Assembly (NCBI GenBank): GCA_951406725.2
Contig: OX597814.1
Coordinates: forward strand, 151,590,001-151,654,000
DNA length: 64,000 bases
Direction of reading: 5' to 3'
Origin: Octopus vulgaris
Lineage: Eukaryota
Of this stretch, positions 10,536-23,432 are shown piece by piece. Each line of letters starts with the position of its first letter. Within the stretch, counting starts at the first letter, position 1. A program made the translations under genes and the position numbers. Below the pieces are notes generated by a model. That model was not told the origin of the DNA. It did not search any database and was given only the letters and a program-made list of their open reading frames with translations.

Positions 10536-13500
10536 AAAATTGAAAGCCTGGAGTGGTCTCTGGTGAGTTGGTACTGGATGAACCACTTATTACAAAATGT
10601 CAATGGAACTCATTTATCCAGAAGATGAGTTCCCCATGTAAATCATTGTTTTACATCCATGCTCCATGCTGGCATAGATTTAACCCTTTAGCATTTAAAC
10701 TGGCCATATCTGGCCTAAATATTCAACCTGTTTTATGTTCTAACTGGCTAGATCCAACCTCTCATATATGTCCTACAATGTTAGTCTAAAAATAAACAAT
10801 CACATAATCAAAATCTTAAAACTTCAAGATAATGCAGGATAAATTCAAAACAGAATAATGTGAATGTGAATGCTAAAATAAAAATAATGTGAATGCCAAG
10901 TCAGCTGTTTGGAGTTACTGGTTTCCAAGACAGATTGGAGGAAACCATGTTTTATTCATATGTTTTCATTTGGTGAGGTTTCTACTGCTGTATGCTTTCC
11001 TTAATACCAACCACTTTACTAAGTGTAGTGAGTGCTTGTTATTGTGGCACCAGCACAAGAGAAGTTGCTTTGGCTACTCTAAGCTATGTCCATTTATTCT
11101 AGGTATACTTGGGCAAAGTTAGTATGAGTGAAATTAAAGAGAGACTGTAGAGTTTTATATCCACTGTGTCAGAAAAACTGGTTGCAGCTTAGAAGATGTA
11201 ATGCTCTGCAGTCTCACTCTAATTTCACTCATGTCAACTTTCCCTTGAGAAATACATTATGACCAGTGATATCTAACAACATCTGATTGTCTGGTTTATA
11301 CTGTGACATGCACACACAAAAAGCACTGTAAGCATGACCCTTCTGGAGTTTTTCTGAGAGTGAATGAACTGAAAGAAAGCTGTGACTCATGGGGGTATGA
11401 GGCATATTAACACAGCCCTTATGTTCCTGCCTATTTGGCATTGTTGATTCAATGATGACTTTTCTGACATTAGACATTTCAATGTTTCTCTTGTTTACTC
11501 TCTCTCTCTGTTTATGTGGGTGAATGTATTTATGTATATGAGGAGAGAGGAAAGTGTTTATGTCAACATAAACGCTTTATGTGGCACGTCACATAAAGAG
11601 TTCTCATGCGGTGCCATGTAAGAAAGCACTCATGCTGGCACTGTGTAAAAATGTACCCGTGCCAGTGCCACATGAATCTCACCCATGTTGGCACCATTTA
11701 AAAAAGCGTCCTGTACACCGTGTAAAGTGGTTGGCATTAAGAAGGGCCTCCAGCCATAGAAACCATGCTAAAACAGATGGAACCTGATGTGTAGCCTGCT
11801 GGCTCGCCAGATCGTCAGACCATGTGACCCTTGCCAGCATGGAAAATGAACATTAAGTAATGATGATGTGTTCAATTAATAAATTGTAATGTCTCGTTCT
11901 TTCACCCTCTCTTGCTCTCTCTGTGTATATTTCTGCACCTACTTGTATATTTGCATGTTTGCCTCCAGTGCAAAATGTTCTTTTGCTAAAACTGGTTCAG
12001 TGTCCTGTCAACAATGCCAAATTGTCAGTGTCCAAACAGTTGCATCCAGTCATTTCATTCTAGATATATAGGGAATCCCAGTAGTTAGCAGTGTATCAAG
12101 ATATACAGTTATCCTCAGACTAGGGGCCTAGTCTAAAGGCTAGCAACAGAATAGACTGCTAAAGGTAAACAAGGGGCAAGTATGTTTTAGAATGTGGATG
12201 AAGTTTGGAAAAAGAGAAAACAGTGAATAACTATGCACAAGGGAAGTTCAGCTTGGGTGAAACATGTTGTTGTTGACTTGTCTCATGTAAAAAGTTATGT
12301 GACTGATACTATAAGGTTCAGATACTTATTGGAAATGAGATGATTGAATGCTGTTGTTTGGATGGTGAACATTTGGCAAGGCTGACTTGACATTCAACCA
12401 GTTGTGGCAAGAGTACATTTTGGCATTAGCGGACAAACATACATGCATGCATGCAGAAATACACACATAGACATATGTGCCAGTGTCACGTAAAAAGCAT
12501 CAATGCTGGTGCCACATAAAAGCACCTGTGCTGGTGCTGTGTACCCAGTACACTAAATGATGATGATGACATAAAAAGAGTGGGAGAGAGACATTACAAT
12601 TTAATAATTGAATATTATTGTAATAAACACTTTTCCTCTCCTCACACACAATAAGAAATAAGCTCACACACCTAAACAGAGAGAGAGAGAGAGAAAAGAG
12701 AGGAGGGAAAAAATGAAAGAAACATTAAAATGGTGTCAAATAAGCCAGTGTTATCTCAGCCACATCAAATAGGAGGCACCAAAGTGGCTGTTCACATATG
12801 TCTCCTACCCAAGTATTATACATCTCATCAGTCATGTAATAGAAATGTAGTTATCTTCTATAATGGCATCATGGAAACAAAATCAGTTTTCCACCTCTTT
12901 TACTACTATAACTGTTTTACTCTTCTGAACTAGTTAACATTATAATCTCTCCCTTGAGTCCACTAGACTACTATGTTTCTTCTCTTACCATCAATCACAA
13001 AGTTTCTCTCATCTTTCTGTTGCTACACCATACATTTCTCTCCTGGCCATGCTTTTCCTGCAATGACCTGCAGATGTTGAAGCTGAAACACCAACAGCAT
13101 ATATCTCACCAGTCTAGAAGTGTGGCCTGCAAAAATCATGTATAACTGACTCTGCACCTCTGATTAAATTAATAAAAAATAGCGATATTTTTTAATCTTT
13201 ATTTGTTATATTTCTGTACACTCTGTAAAGTGGTTGGTGTTTGAAAGAGCATCCAGCTGTAGAAACCATGTCAGCTTGGCACAGTTCTTTGGCTTACCAA
13301 CCCATGCTAACATGGAAAATGTTAACTGATGATGTTTTTATTTTATTTGTTTTTGCATTTGATATTAGTATATTCCATGGCTAAAGAACAGCTCAACATC
13401 ATTATCTTAGACAGTTTTGTATGATGTTAAAGGTATTCTATAAAATCAGCTGAATATTTGAAACACTTTTGTTAAAAATATTGTTATGTTATCTTTGATA

Positions 13501-13570
13501 TTATCTCTCTGTATTCATTTTATAAAAAGAATATTGAAAACTGTAACTTTTGATATTCTAATTTTTACAG

Positions 13571-13686
13571 GAATCCAACAGCCACAAGCTCAGCGACCTC
13601 GTCACAAGGCCAGTTATAGTGAAAAGATATCTCGGTCTGCACAAGCTTCAAATATTCCAATAAATAAGTCAAATTTCATGGATTAA
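13571..13686 (+). CDS. TCTA: TCTA-like protein coding exon 2 (C-terminus, stop TAA 13684-13686)
   Basis: Acceptor ATTTTTACAG|GA. Phase 1 completes Gly in frame with exon 1, giving GIQQPQAQRPRHKASYSEKISRSAQASNIPINKSNFMD*. Total 141 aa. Confidence 0.7.
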
Positions 13687-13776
13687 AAGTTGATAATTAG
13701 GAAAAAAAAATCAGTAGTCTAAATTATTAATTTATCTTTTAATTGAAATATTTCAACTCAAAAAAACCAAATCACG

Positions 13777-13993
13777 ATGCCAAATAATTTTTTTGATAAA
13801 ATTAAATTAGATCGCTTCTTTAGGAAAGCTGGCCCTGGTCATAAATTAGCACAAGAAAAGGAAAGTCATGCCAGTTCATCTTTGCATTCCAATTTATCCG
13901 GTGGCCCTTCATCATTACCCTCAGCCTCTAAAACAGAATCAGAACAGAGAGCTGCAGCTGCTGCCATTGCACGGTTCAATCAATCAAAATCAG
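13777..13993 (+). CDS. UBXN6: UBX domain-containing protein 6, coding exon 1
   Basis: MPNNFFDKIKLDRFFRKAGPGHKL matches the UBXN6 N-terminus, and RAAAAAIAR is a VIM (p97-interacting) motif. Donor CAG|GTATAT, phase 1. Confidence 0.9.
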
Positions 13994-14439
13994 GTATATA
14001 TATAAATTCTTTTATCTTTTCTTTTACTTGTTTCAGTCATTGGACTGTGGTCATGCTGGGGCACTGCCTTGAAGGGTTCTAGTTGAAGAAATTGACCTCA
14101 GTACTTATTTTTTTAAAGTCTATTACTTATTGTATCGGTCTCTTTGCCACACGTGTGTGTGTGTGTGTACGTATATAATTAATCAGACTCCAAAACAATT
14201 TGTAGAATTTATATTGGATTTGTACCAAGTTGGATTCAAATTAAAGATCGTCTACACCTATATCTATTTTCTTTTTTTTAAACTTTATCTGTTGATTTTG
14301 CAAATATTGAATATATATTTTATATATATTCTTTGCTTAGATTGTACCGATGGACTTGGATGTTTGACATCCCTTTGAAGGATTTCGTTCCTCACCTCTT
14401 TTATATATATATGTGTTTGTGTGTGTGTGTATTCGCCTG

Positions 14440-14632
14440 GCCCCCGTGCCGGTGGCATGTAAAAAGCACCCACTACACTCACAGAGTGGTTGGCGTTAGG
14501 AAGGGCATCAAGCCGTAGAAATATTGCCAGATCAGACTGGGCCTGGTGCAGCTTCTGGCTTCCCAGACCCCTGTTGAACCATCCAACCCATGCTAGCATG
14601 GAAAGTGGACGCTAAACAATGATGATGATGAT
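14440..14632 (+). mobile_element. RTE LINE 3' tail / RTE-mobilised SINE ending in (GAT)n
   Basis: GGTGGCATGTAAAAAGCACCCACTACACTC...AGGAAGGGCATC...GATGATGATG. Related copies near 8180, 11600, 13220, 34370-34823, 37140, 41750-42070 and 45690. Confidence 0.8.
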
Positions 14633-14916
14633 AGATACACGTATATGTGTGTATGTATGTATGTATATGTGTGTATATAGTTGAAATTTACAGAATAACA
14701 AAAGACAAAGACAAGTGTATAAACAACAAGCAGGTGTATTAGTTTGACACTTGGGAAGTGGGAAGGTGAGAAAGTCTTTTTATGTTTCGAGTCTATGCTC
14801 TTTAACAGAAAGGAAACAAGGAAAAATCAAAGTTCAAACAAATTTCAAATAGGTTCAAACGTGATGGTGTATTGCAGCGATTTTTCATCATGTGTGTGTA
14901 TATATATATATATATA

Positions 14917-15329
14917 TATGAGCAAAACAGCCCCTGTCCAATGGACGGTGCTGTGTTGTCAAACATTTAAACCAAGTTTTCTCAAAACAATTTGTCCGAC
15001 TATCCCATAGGCCTCCCCTTTGAGAAACACTGATTTAACCTAAATTTAAGACACCAAACAGGCCGGCTTTTTTTGCGCAAACTGCACATGCATTTTTCTC
15101 GCGTATGCATAGTATTGATCACAACAACTGATGTACTTGCACCTACAAATGCATGTTCCCACGGCTTTATCGATCGCATTCTCACCTGGAATCGATTTTT
15201 GTAATTTTTTCAAGACTTATACACGCCCTGATACCGTCAGTATCTACATATCAAATTTGAGTGCAATCAGATGGAGGATGCCCGAGATCCTAGAAGACAC
15301 ACACACACACACTGACACAGAATGGATTT

Positions 15330-15345
<16 letters not shown>
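14917..15345 (-). mobile_element. Non-autonomous Helitron-like element
   Basis: Terminal hairpin CAGC..GTCCA-A-TGGAC..GCTG at one end and (CA)n plus TTTTATATA at the other. A partial inverted copy lies at 28176-28297. Confidence 0.5.
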
Positions 15346-15372
<27 letters not shown>

Positions 15373-15739
15373 GATGATGGGCTTCCACACAGTTTCTGCT
15401 TACTAAATTCACTCACAAGTTATGGTTCAGCCTGTGGTTATTGTAGAAGAGACTGCCCAAAGTGCTGTACATTGGGACCAAATCCAAAACCATGTGACTG
15501 CTAAGCAAGCTTCTTAACCCCACAGCCATATCTGTATCTAGCACCCAGTACACTCTGTAAAGTGGTTGGCATCAGGAAGGGCATCTTTTATGCCATCAAA
15601 TGCAGCAATCTCCAAGCTCATGTCTGAGTTCTTGAACATTTACAATAACAAAGCAACATTTAGTATTGAAATAAGGATTAAAGACTATGCAGATGAAGGG
15701 AGATTATTTTTAGTTGTTTATATCACATTGACCAAATAT

Positions 15740-16140
15740 TCTTTTCTACACTAGGCACAAGGCCCGAAAATTTTGGGGAGGGAGCCAGCTGATTAATTAG
15801 ATCAACCCCAGAACGCAACTGGAACGTAATTTATCGACCCTGAAAGAATGAAAGGCAAAGTCGACCTCTGTGGAATTTGAACTCAGAACGTAAAGACAGA
15901 TGAAATACCTATTTCTTTACTACCCACAAGGGGCTAAATACAGAGGGGACAAACAAGGACAGACAAACGGATTAAGTCGATTACATCGACCCCAGTGCGT
16001 AACTGGTACTTAATTTATCGACCCCGAAAGGATGAAAGGCAAAGTCGACCTCGGCTGAATTTGAACTCAGAACGTAATGGCAGACGAAATACCACTAAGC
16101 ATTTTGCCCGGCATGCTGTTTCTGCCAGCTCACTGCCTTC
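15740..16140 (-). mobile_element. SINE family B (Meta-domain-like core), with internal unit duplication
   Basis: Reverse complement of GAGTTCAAATTCCGCCGAGGTCGACTTTGCCTTTCATCCTTTCGGGGTCGATAAA, present twice. Confidence 0.8.
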
Positions 16141-16519
16141 ACTGACCAAATATTGCCTCTGTAATATAACTATAAGTGTCTCCTCCACCCAATTTTACAT
16201 CCGTTTTTCATGCTAGGCTGAAATGAATACATATTATTAAGGCATTTTTTTTACAAACTTCTTAATCACATAGTTATTCCTGTTGTTTCTCCTTAGGTTT
16301 CTACATAAATATTTCCTTTTGATATATTTTTTAGGCATTGAAGACCTTTACTATATTTTAACTATTTTCTCTCACATTTCCTAGAATTGATGTTTCTTAC
16401 TTACCTTTCCACATTACTTTCTATTGTGGTTATTAGTTTCTATCAGTGTACAATTTTGCTGATTCAGAACTCATTATTGCTTCTCATCCCATGTCTATTT
16501 AAGATTTATCCATATTATA

Positions 16520-16905
16520 TCTCTTTTACTTGTTTCAGTCATGTGACTGTGGCCATGCTGGAGCACTGCTTTTAGTCGAGCAAATCGACCCCAGGACTTA
16601 TTCTTTGTAAGCCTAGTACTTATTCTATTGGTCTCTTTTGCTGAACCGCTAAGTTACAGGGACGTAAACACACCAGCATCGGTTGTCAAGCGTCGTGTGT
16701 GTGTGGGGGGGGGGGGACAAACACACACACACATATATACGACGGGCTTCTTTCAGTTTCTGTCTGCCAAATCCACTCACAAGGCTTTGGTCGGCCCGAG
16801 GCTATAGTAGAAGACACTTGCCCAAGGTGCCATGCAGTGGGACTGAACCCGGAACTATGTAGTTCGTAAGCAAGCTACTTACCACACAGCCACTCCTACA
16901 CCTAT
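16520..16905 (-). mobile_element. SINE family A, full length
   Basis: Same family as 10005-10421. Confidence 0.9.
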
Positions 16906-17076
16906 ATATGATGGTATGAAATTTCTAATTGAAAGAGATCAGTATAAAAGCCTTTTTAGCTTTATTTATTTTTTTTAATGCATTAGTTACAATTACTTTA
17001 AGAAATCTAAATGTTCAAAAGTTAAAGTAAATTTTAATAATCAAATTTTTCATTAAACTTTGTTATATTTTCACAG

Positions 17077-18176
17077 GGGAATGCCGGCCTGTTATGAAAA
17101 CTAGAGTGCGTAGTGGAACTAAAACTAGCACCACAGACCACCAACAATCTCCAGATACTTCTGCCAAAGCAGGGGAGTCTGAAAAGAGTAACACCGAAAG
17201 TTGCCCCTTTCTCTTATTTACATGTCCTGATATTGGACCTGCAGTGCTTCCTAAACAAGAAATTAATGAATATATCCGAGAGTTTCTATATAACTCCCTT
17301 GAAGCACAGCCTGAAATGACCTCGACCTTGATGATTCAGACTCTGAATAAAAATAAAGAAGCCGTAAAAGTTTGTGTTGACATCTTAACAAAATATATAG
17401 ACAACCTTATTAACAACCCCGGTGAGGAAAAATTCAGGAAATTCCGACTTAATAACCGAGCGTTTCAGGAGAAGGTCAACCCTATGGAAGGGAGTGAAGA
17501 ATTTCTACTTACTTGTGGTTTTGAGAGGAAAAGTCTAAAGCTTGATGATCAACCTGAAGAAATGTATTTTATCATTCCAGAAGAAAAAGCTCAAAACGTT
17601 GACTATCTGAAACATATGAAAGACTGTCTTCTATCAGCTGAACCAATTCGACCTCAGCTTGATCGAGCCTTGCGAGTATATACCCCTCAACATATGCCAA
17701 ATTTTGTAATACCTGATGACTTCTACAATCTCACTCCAGCTGAACTCAAGAGAGAACAACAGTTACGTAGTGAAAACACAGAAAGGATTGAAATTCTTCG
17801 AACGAAAGCCATGCGAGAACGTGACGAGAAACGAGAACTTCGTCGTTATCGTTACACTATGATACGTATTCGTTTTCCTGATAGTGTTGTCTTGCAAGGA
17901 ACCTTTTGGGCTCAAGAAAAATTAAGTGATCTGAGGAAATTTGTGCAAGACAATTTAAGACTTGATTGGATACCATTTAATTTAGTGAATCCAACAGGAC
18001 ATAGAATTGAAGAAGACTTGACACTAATTGAACTTGGCCTTGCACCAACTGCTGTGGTTAATTTCATTGTTGATGAAGACATAATTAATGATCTGGCCCT
18101 TCAGCCAGGAACTGCTAATAAAGCTGGATCATTTTTGAAGTCTGATATTCAATGCTTACTTCAGGAATTTCCCTAA
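17077..18176 (+). CDS. UBXN6: UBXN6 coding exon 2 (PUB and UBX domains)
   Basis: Acceptor TTTTCACAG|GG, phase 1 in frame. PUB domain (KYIDNLINNPGEEKFRKFRLNNRAFQEKV), PDDFYNLT/LRTKAMRE linker, UBX domain (IRIRFPDSVVLQGTF...LIELGLAP). Total 438 aa. Confidence 0.95.
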
Positions 18177-18725
18177 ATTGCCTTAATATTATTTTTGAAC
18201 ATTAATTTAAAACAAAAATTGAAAATTAAAAAAAAAGAACAAAAGCAAAAAAAAAAAAGCAGAAGCAAAAACAAAACAACAAACATACTAAAACACAAAA
18301 TATTTCAAGGCTCACTTATCAAGGATACTATATGTTGAATATTTTGAACTGATTTAAATGACTGATATATCACTGGTTAAATTTTTATTATCAGAACACT
18401 TTTCCTGCTTACTAACACTTGACAAGATCGTTTTTTAGAGTAACTCTACAAGAAAAAAATATTCTATTTTCTATTTTTCACCAAACCATGTAAATTCATT
18501 ATTAAGTTCATGTAGTGTGCATTTCCCATATGAGTTATTTGAAATTGAAGAAATTTATCATAGAATATTAATCAGCGATTATTATAATTGCAGCCAAGTA
18601 AGGTATTTGTGAAAACTAGCTGTAGATAGGAATTATATAACATTATTATAGACTAATGCTTTTAATGCGCACCAACTTGAGAGCCCCACTGATACAAGCT
18701 TTCCATTTTGAAGTGTCCAAGTCTA

Positions 18726-19225
18726 AATAAAAACTTTCCATTGTAACTTCTTGTAAGGACCTTTGCGCTGGCTCAGTCATGTACATTGCATGCTAGATGA
18801 AACGATCCTGAAAGACCTCCTGCATGGAGATTTGTTTTAAGCCACTGTTAATTATTTTATTAAATTTATCATTATTTTCTAAATTAATTGAAACAACAGC
18901 AGTGTATTTCATTAGAAATATAACTACAAATGGGTTAAACCCAAATCACACTAACATTCATTGCTGCAGTTGTAAAAAGCAGTTTCGTTCAAATAGTAGA
19001 TTTTGACAATCTAATGGCTTGTATTAGTCAGTCTGTCAGTAATAACTTGATATCATTATAAACTATATGCAATAAAGATAATCAGGAAATGGTGAGAATG
19101 AAAGAGACTTCAGTTTAGTAACCGTTTTAAATACCATTTTATGAAGAATGAACTTTTAATTTTAGATTTGTATTATTTTAGGGAAGTGCAATGGATGTTT
19201 ATCTGTAAAGGAGAAGAAGAATAAA
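18726..19225 (+). terminator. Candidate UBXN6 polyadenylation signals
   Basis: AATAAA at 18726, 19071 and 19220 in repeat-free sequence after the stop. Confidence 0.35.
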
Positions 19226-20179
19226 AAAAATAAATTTTTGAAGCATTTTAAAACTCTGCCATTATACTTCTATGATTTTAAAAGGCAATATTTGGGCAGT
19301 GTGATATGGACTGAAAAATGCCCTTCCTTTATCTGTATAATCTTTAATCTTGTTATTTCCACACTAAATGTTGCTTTGCTATTGCTTAGCTTCAAGAATT
19401 TGGGTATTAAAGCTTGGGGATTATTATTTTTAATCGCAGGAGCTTGATCATGTCACTTATAGTGGATGGAAAAGATAAGCAGAGCACTTGTTAACCTTGT
19501 ATCTACATCACTAAGAGAAGAAAATTCATAATATAAAGCTGGATATATGTGATAGAGAAATTACCTATCAAGAATTGGAAAGTTATTTCGAAAACGGAGT
19601 GTTCAGTTCCCTACTTATATTTTTCTCAAACAGACCATGAGATTGGTTAAATAAATGATTTTGTTCTGAGAATATTTCTGAATTTTTAATTGATAATTGT
19701 TCTGCCTTTGATGACATATGGTATGTTTGTTATTGTTTAGCCCCAGGTTAGTCCTGATTGAGCAGACCTATGATCAAAGTTGTCAATGTCATAGCTATCT
19801 TATGTTTTTGTATATCAGAGTCTACATTGTCCAGTTTGTCCTTGCTTTTTTTAAAGACAGTATTGTGGAATTTCAGGGAGGTTTGACATCTTTAGCAGGT
19901 TGAATGACCCCATATAGGCTCCTTCAGTTTATGGTTTGAGATAGTGGTGAGTCTTTGGTGGGTTGGCAGAATTAAAAGCATCAAAAAAGCTTTGCAGTAT
20001 TTAGTTGACACTCTGTGTCAACTAAAATTGACTGACTCTATGTTCTGAGATCAAATTTCATCATAGTCAAGTGTGCTTTCCATTCTTATGGAACTGATAA
20101 AGTGCTAATTAAGTGAACAGGTCAGTGATATTGACTAATTTTATGCCTTGTACCTAAGCTAGAAACAATTATTATGACT

Positions 20180-20880
20180 ATTAGTAGTAGTAGGCATCCG
20201 TTGGTCTCGAGAGGCCATGGATCTGTGCCCAAAGTAATTGTGTCAGCTGCTGATGGCTGTGCAGTGTCTGTTGTTGCTGTACAGGCCCATACAGGGGAGG
20301 CAGTCATGTGTATGGCAACTGCATTTGAAGGAACTCTCTACTGGCACTCCCGTTTTTTTTTCCTTCCATTGAGTGCGCTTTTATTTGGTGGCGAGTTCCT
20401 GTTTTTCTTCTGCTCTCTTCATCCCCTTTCACAATATTTGTCTCTAGTGTAGGCGATCATTTGAAACCTCCTCCCATCTCAAGACGTCCAGCTCAAGTGT
20501 CTTCATATCCTTGTTACAGATGTCCTTGAAACGAAGATGAGGTCGTCCTTGTGCTCTTGTGCTGGTGGCCAATTCTCCATACAGGAGGTCTTTCAGGATC
20601 CATCCATCTGGCATATGATGTACATGACTGAGCCAGCGCAAATGATACTGCTGGAGCAGGGTGACTATGCTGAGTATCTTGGTTCGGTTGAGGACTTTGG
20701 TGTTGGTGATGTAGTCGGTCCGCTTGATAGCCATGATGTGCCTCAAATTATGAAGGTGAAAGATGTTCAGATGCCACTCTTGTCTGGAGTAGAGGCTCTG
20801 TCTCACTGCCATAAAGTAGCCTACAAAGGATGCACACCTTATAGACAGCAATAATGGTGTCAGCAGCCAGTTTTTTGTTT
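20180..20880 (-). mobile_element. RTE-clade LINE 3' fragment (distinct, BovB-like subfamily)
   Basis: ORF 20444-20851 has LRWLSHVHHMPDGWILKDLLYGEL...RAQGRPHLRFKD, with a (TAC)n-type tail at ~20180. Confidence 0.8.
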
Positions 20881-21399
20881 TCCTTTATCATTTTACATAA
20901 CAGTAATAATACTCATTCACATGAAAATTTGATCTTGCAACTGTAAACCATTAAAGAACATTTCAAATTTGAGTGAAATTATGTGGTCATTTGATCTGCC
21001 AGAAATAGCAACCAAATCTCTCTTATATCACATCTTAAAAATAGATGTGTCATGCTAGGAAATTATTGTGTCACAGCTGGAATGCTTTTTGATCCTAAGT
21101 TTGCTTGATCAGGGCTGAGTAGGGGCTAAACAGCACATTAGATTCCAATTTGTGTGGTGTCCTTTTGTTGCAACATACACACACCAAGCCTTCTTATGTC
21201 TATTTATCTTCATTTCTCTCTCTCTCTCTCTCTTGTCCTATGACCTCAAGTCTTCAGTATGACTTCATTTGAGTGATATTAATTATTCACTAAATTCCAT
21301 TGATGTGGATGTAAAAAGTGATCTTATACTAAAATGTTCTGATGAGCATTTCTGTTTTTTTTTTATCAATTTTTTTTTTACTCTGCTTAGACATATTGC

Positions 21400-22290
21400 A
21401 TCTGAGATCTTGGTAGCACTTGATTAGGCTCTCCACTATACTCTCATGCTGGATCACTTGGTGCTTTCCCAGAAGTCCTTTGCATACATCGAAGTCCTCA
21501 TCAGCTATAAGTTGACGAATCTGAGGGCCTGCAAATATGCCCTCTTTAATCTTGGCATCACTTATTTTAGGGAAGATCGCCTTGAGGTACTAGAAACATG
21601 GCTTGTTATGTTGCAGCGCTTTGGTAAATTGCTTCATTAGGCCCTTGCAGTGGTGCAAAATGATCTTCTCCTTAACTAGTGGCTCATGATTTACATTATG
21701 GCATCCAGGCGTCATAGTTTCCCGAGGTGGCCATTCAAAGCATACATGATGTCCCAATCTGGCCCTACTGTCCCACTCGCAAAGGAAGCACGTAAACTTG
21801 GTGTATCCAGTTTGTAACCCATTAAGTAGGACTACTATTTTCAAGTACACACAAATTAGTCACTCATGGTCCTTGTAACTTCTGCTGTCTAGAATAAAAG
21901 CAGGGTTCTCATGTCTCCCTTAAACTGACTGAGTGAGCACAACTGGAACTGAAGGCATGGTGTTCCCAATGTGCAACAGAACTGCTTTTATGCTGGAAAG
22001 GGATGCATCTATGAATAGCCTCTGCTCATTTGGTTCATAGGTCAGCTCAGAGGTATTGAATAGGTCTCTGATATTACAATATGTGAAGTTGTTTTCCAAA
22101 GTGAAGAATTGCTGTAGATCTTCAGAACACTTCCTAAGTATTGTAATTCGAGCATCTTTATCCAACAGGTTCCATTGTTGCAGACGTGAGACCAGGATTT
22201 CACTCTGTTGCTTAGTAAGTGTTAGATCACAAACTAGATAATTGAGTTAAGGTTGGGTGACAAAGTGTGGTTTCTTGTCAGATTTACCAT
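21400..22290 (-). pseudogene. Decayed DNA transposase, probably CMC/Chapaev-3-like
   Basis: LFIDASLSSIKAVLLHIGN..PSVP, GYTKFTCFLCEWDSRAR and GLMKQFTKAL motifs, frameshifted. Superfamily assignment is from memory. Confidence 0.65.
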
Positions 22291-22911
22291 GGATTTGGAC
22301 CCATATAACTATAAAAATATTGAGTGTACTTTTATAATGTTCGTAGGTTAGGTTGACAAATACTTTAGTAACACTCCCTTAAAATTATATCGAAATCCGT
22401 TCATAACTTTTAGAGTTGTCAGTTTTGGCCCAATCCTGTTTGCATTCAATTCCTACGGAACCATCAGTGTATTTAACGTAGGATGGTTATTTACGAGAGA
22501 CTGGGGTATCACAGAAAGAAATGGATGTTATAGTTGTGATCTACACACAAAATACCCCTAGAAAAGGTTATGCTCATTTCAGTTTTTTTTCATTGTTATA
22601 CAGTGTTATTTTCTAACATTATCCTCTTTTGCACATCTAGTTCCTGGACCACTTATTACCCATTATTCGTTCTTAACATTTTCCTATCACTATTATTATC
22701 TGTCTTATTGTTTGTCTGTCTCACCCTCTCTCTTTCTCTCTCACCCTACCCCCCCCTCTCTCTCCAATTACTCTGTTTCCTGTCTACAACTATAGACACA
22801 GGTGTGGCTGTGTGATAAGAAACTGGCTTCTCAACCACATGGTTCAGGATTCAGGCAAATGTTTCTATTATAGTCTTGGGCCTACCAAAGCCTTGCGAGT
22901 GGATTTGACAC

Positions 22912-23310
22912 CGAGTGAAAAATACATAAACACACGAGCGATAAATTCAGGACAAATTGCCAAAAAATATACAATAGGAACAGGATTTCACTAACAAATG
23001 AAAATTATGTCAACACATAATGAGAAACAAGTACGGGACAAAATACCACAAAAAGTCTAACCCCTTTTCAGTTTTCGACTGTCAATTACTCCCTATTTCA
23101 AGCTTTCAACAACAATATAGGAAAACTTCATTAAACTGCAGTATCCAGAAATTAAAAAAAATATAGAATTTTTAGAGAGTTAGAGCTTTGAATGAATAAA
23201 CAATGACGGTGGACGTACAGAGTAAACAATCGCCGGAGACACATTAAGGGCTGTTTTTTGGTAATTTGTCCTGTACTTATCTCTCATGTGTTTACGTATT
23301 TTTCACTCGT
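22912..23310. mobile_element. Degenerate inverted-repeat element
   Basis: CGAGTGAAAAATACATAAACACAC...CAGGACAAATTGCCAAAAAA (22912-22967) pairs with 23254-23309. Confidence 0.6.
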
Positions 23311-23432
23311 TGGTGATGTCCTGTACTTGATGTATTTTATATTTATTTTTATTTATAATCGAATGCGATGCAGCTTTGTCCACAGTAAGTTTTTACTTTT
23401 ATACATATATATGTGTGTGTGTGTTTGTATAT

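Noticed and set aside
2100-13500. Additional TCTA exons or intronic snoRNAs in the 11.7-kb intron
   Set aside because: No convincing exon or box C/D or H/ACA structure was recognised by eye. These cannot be excluded without RNA data.
13684-13779. TCTA-UBXN6 fusion by stop readthrough or RNA editing (the two ORFs are in the same frame, 90 nt apart)
   Set aside because: The spacer has two more in-frame stops (TAA and TGA) after the TCTA TAA.
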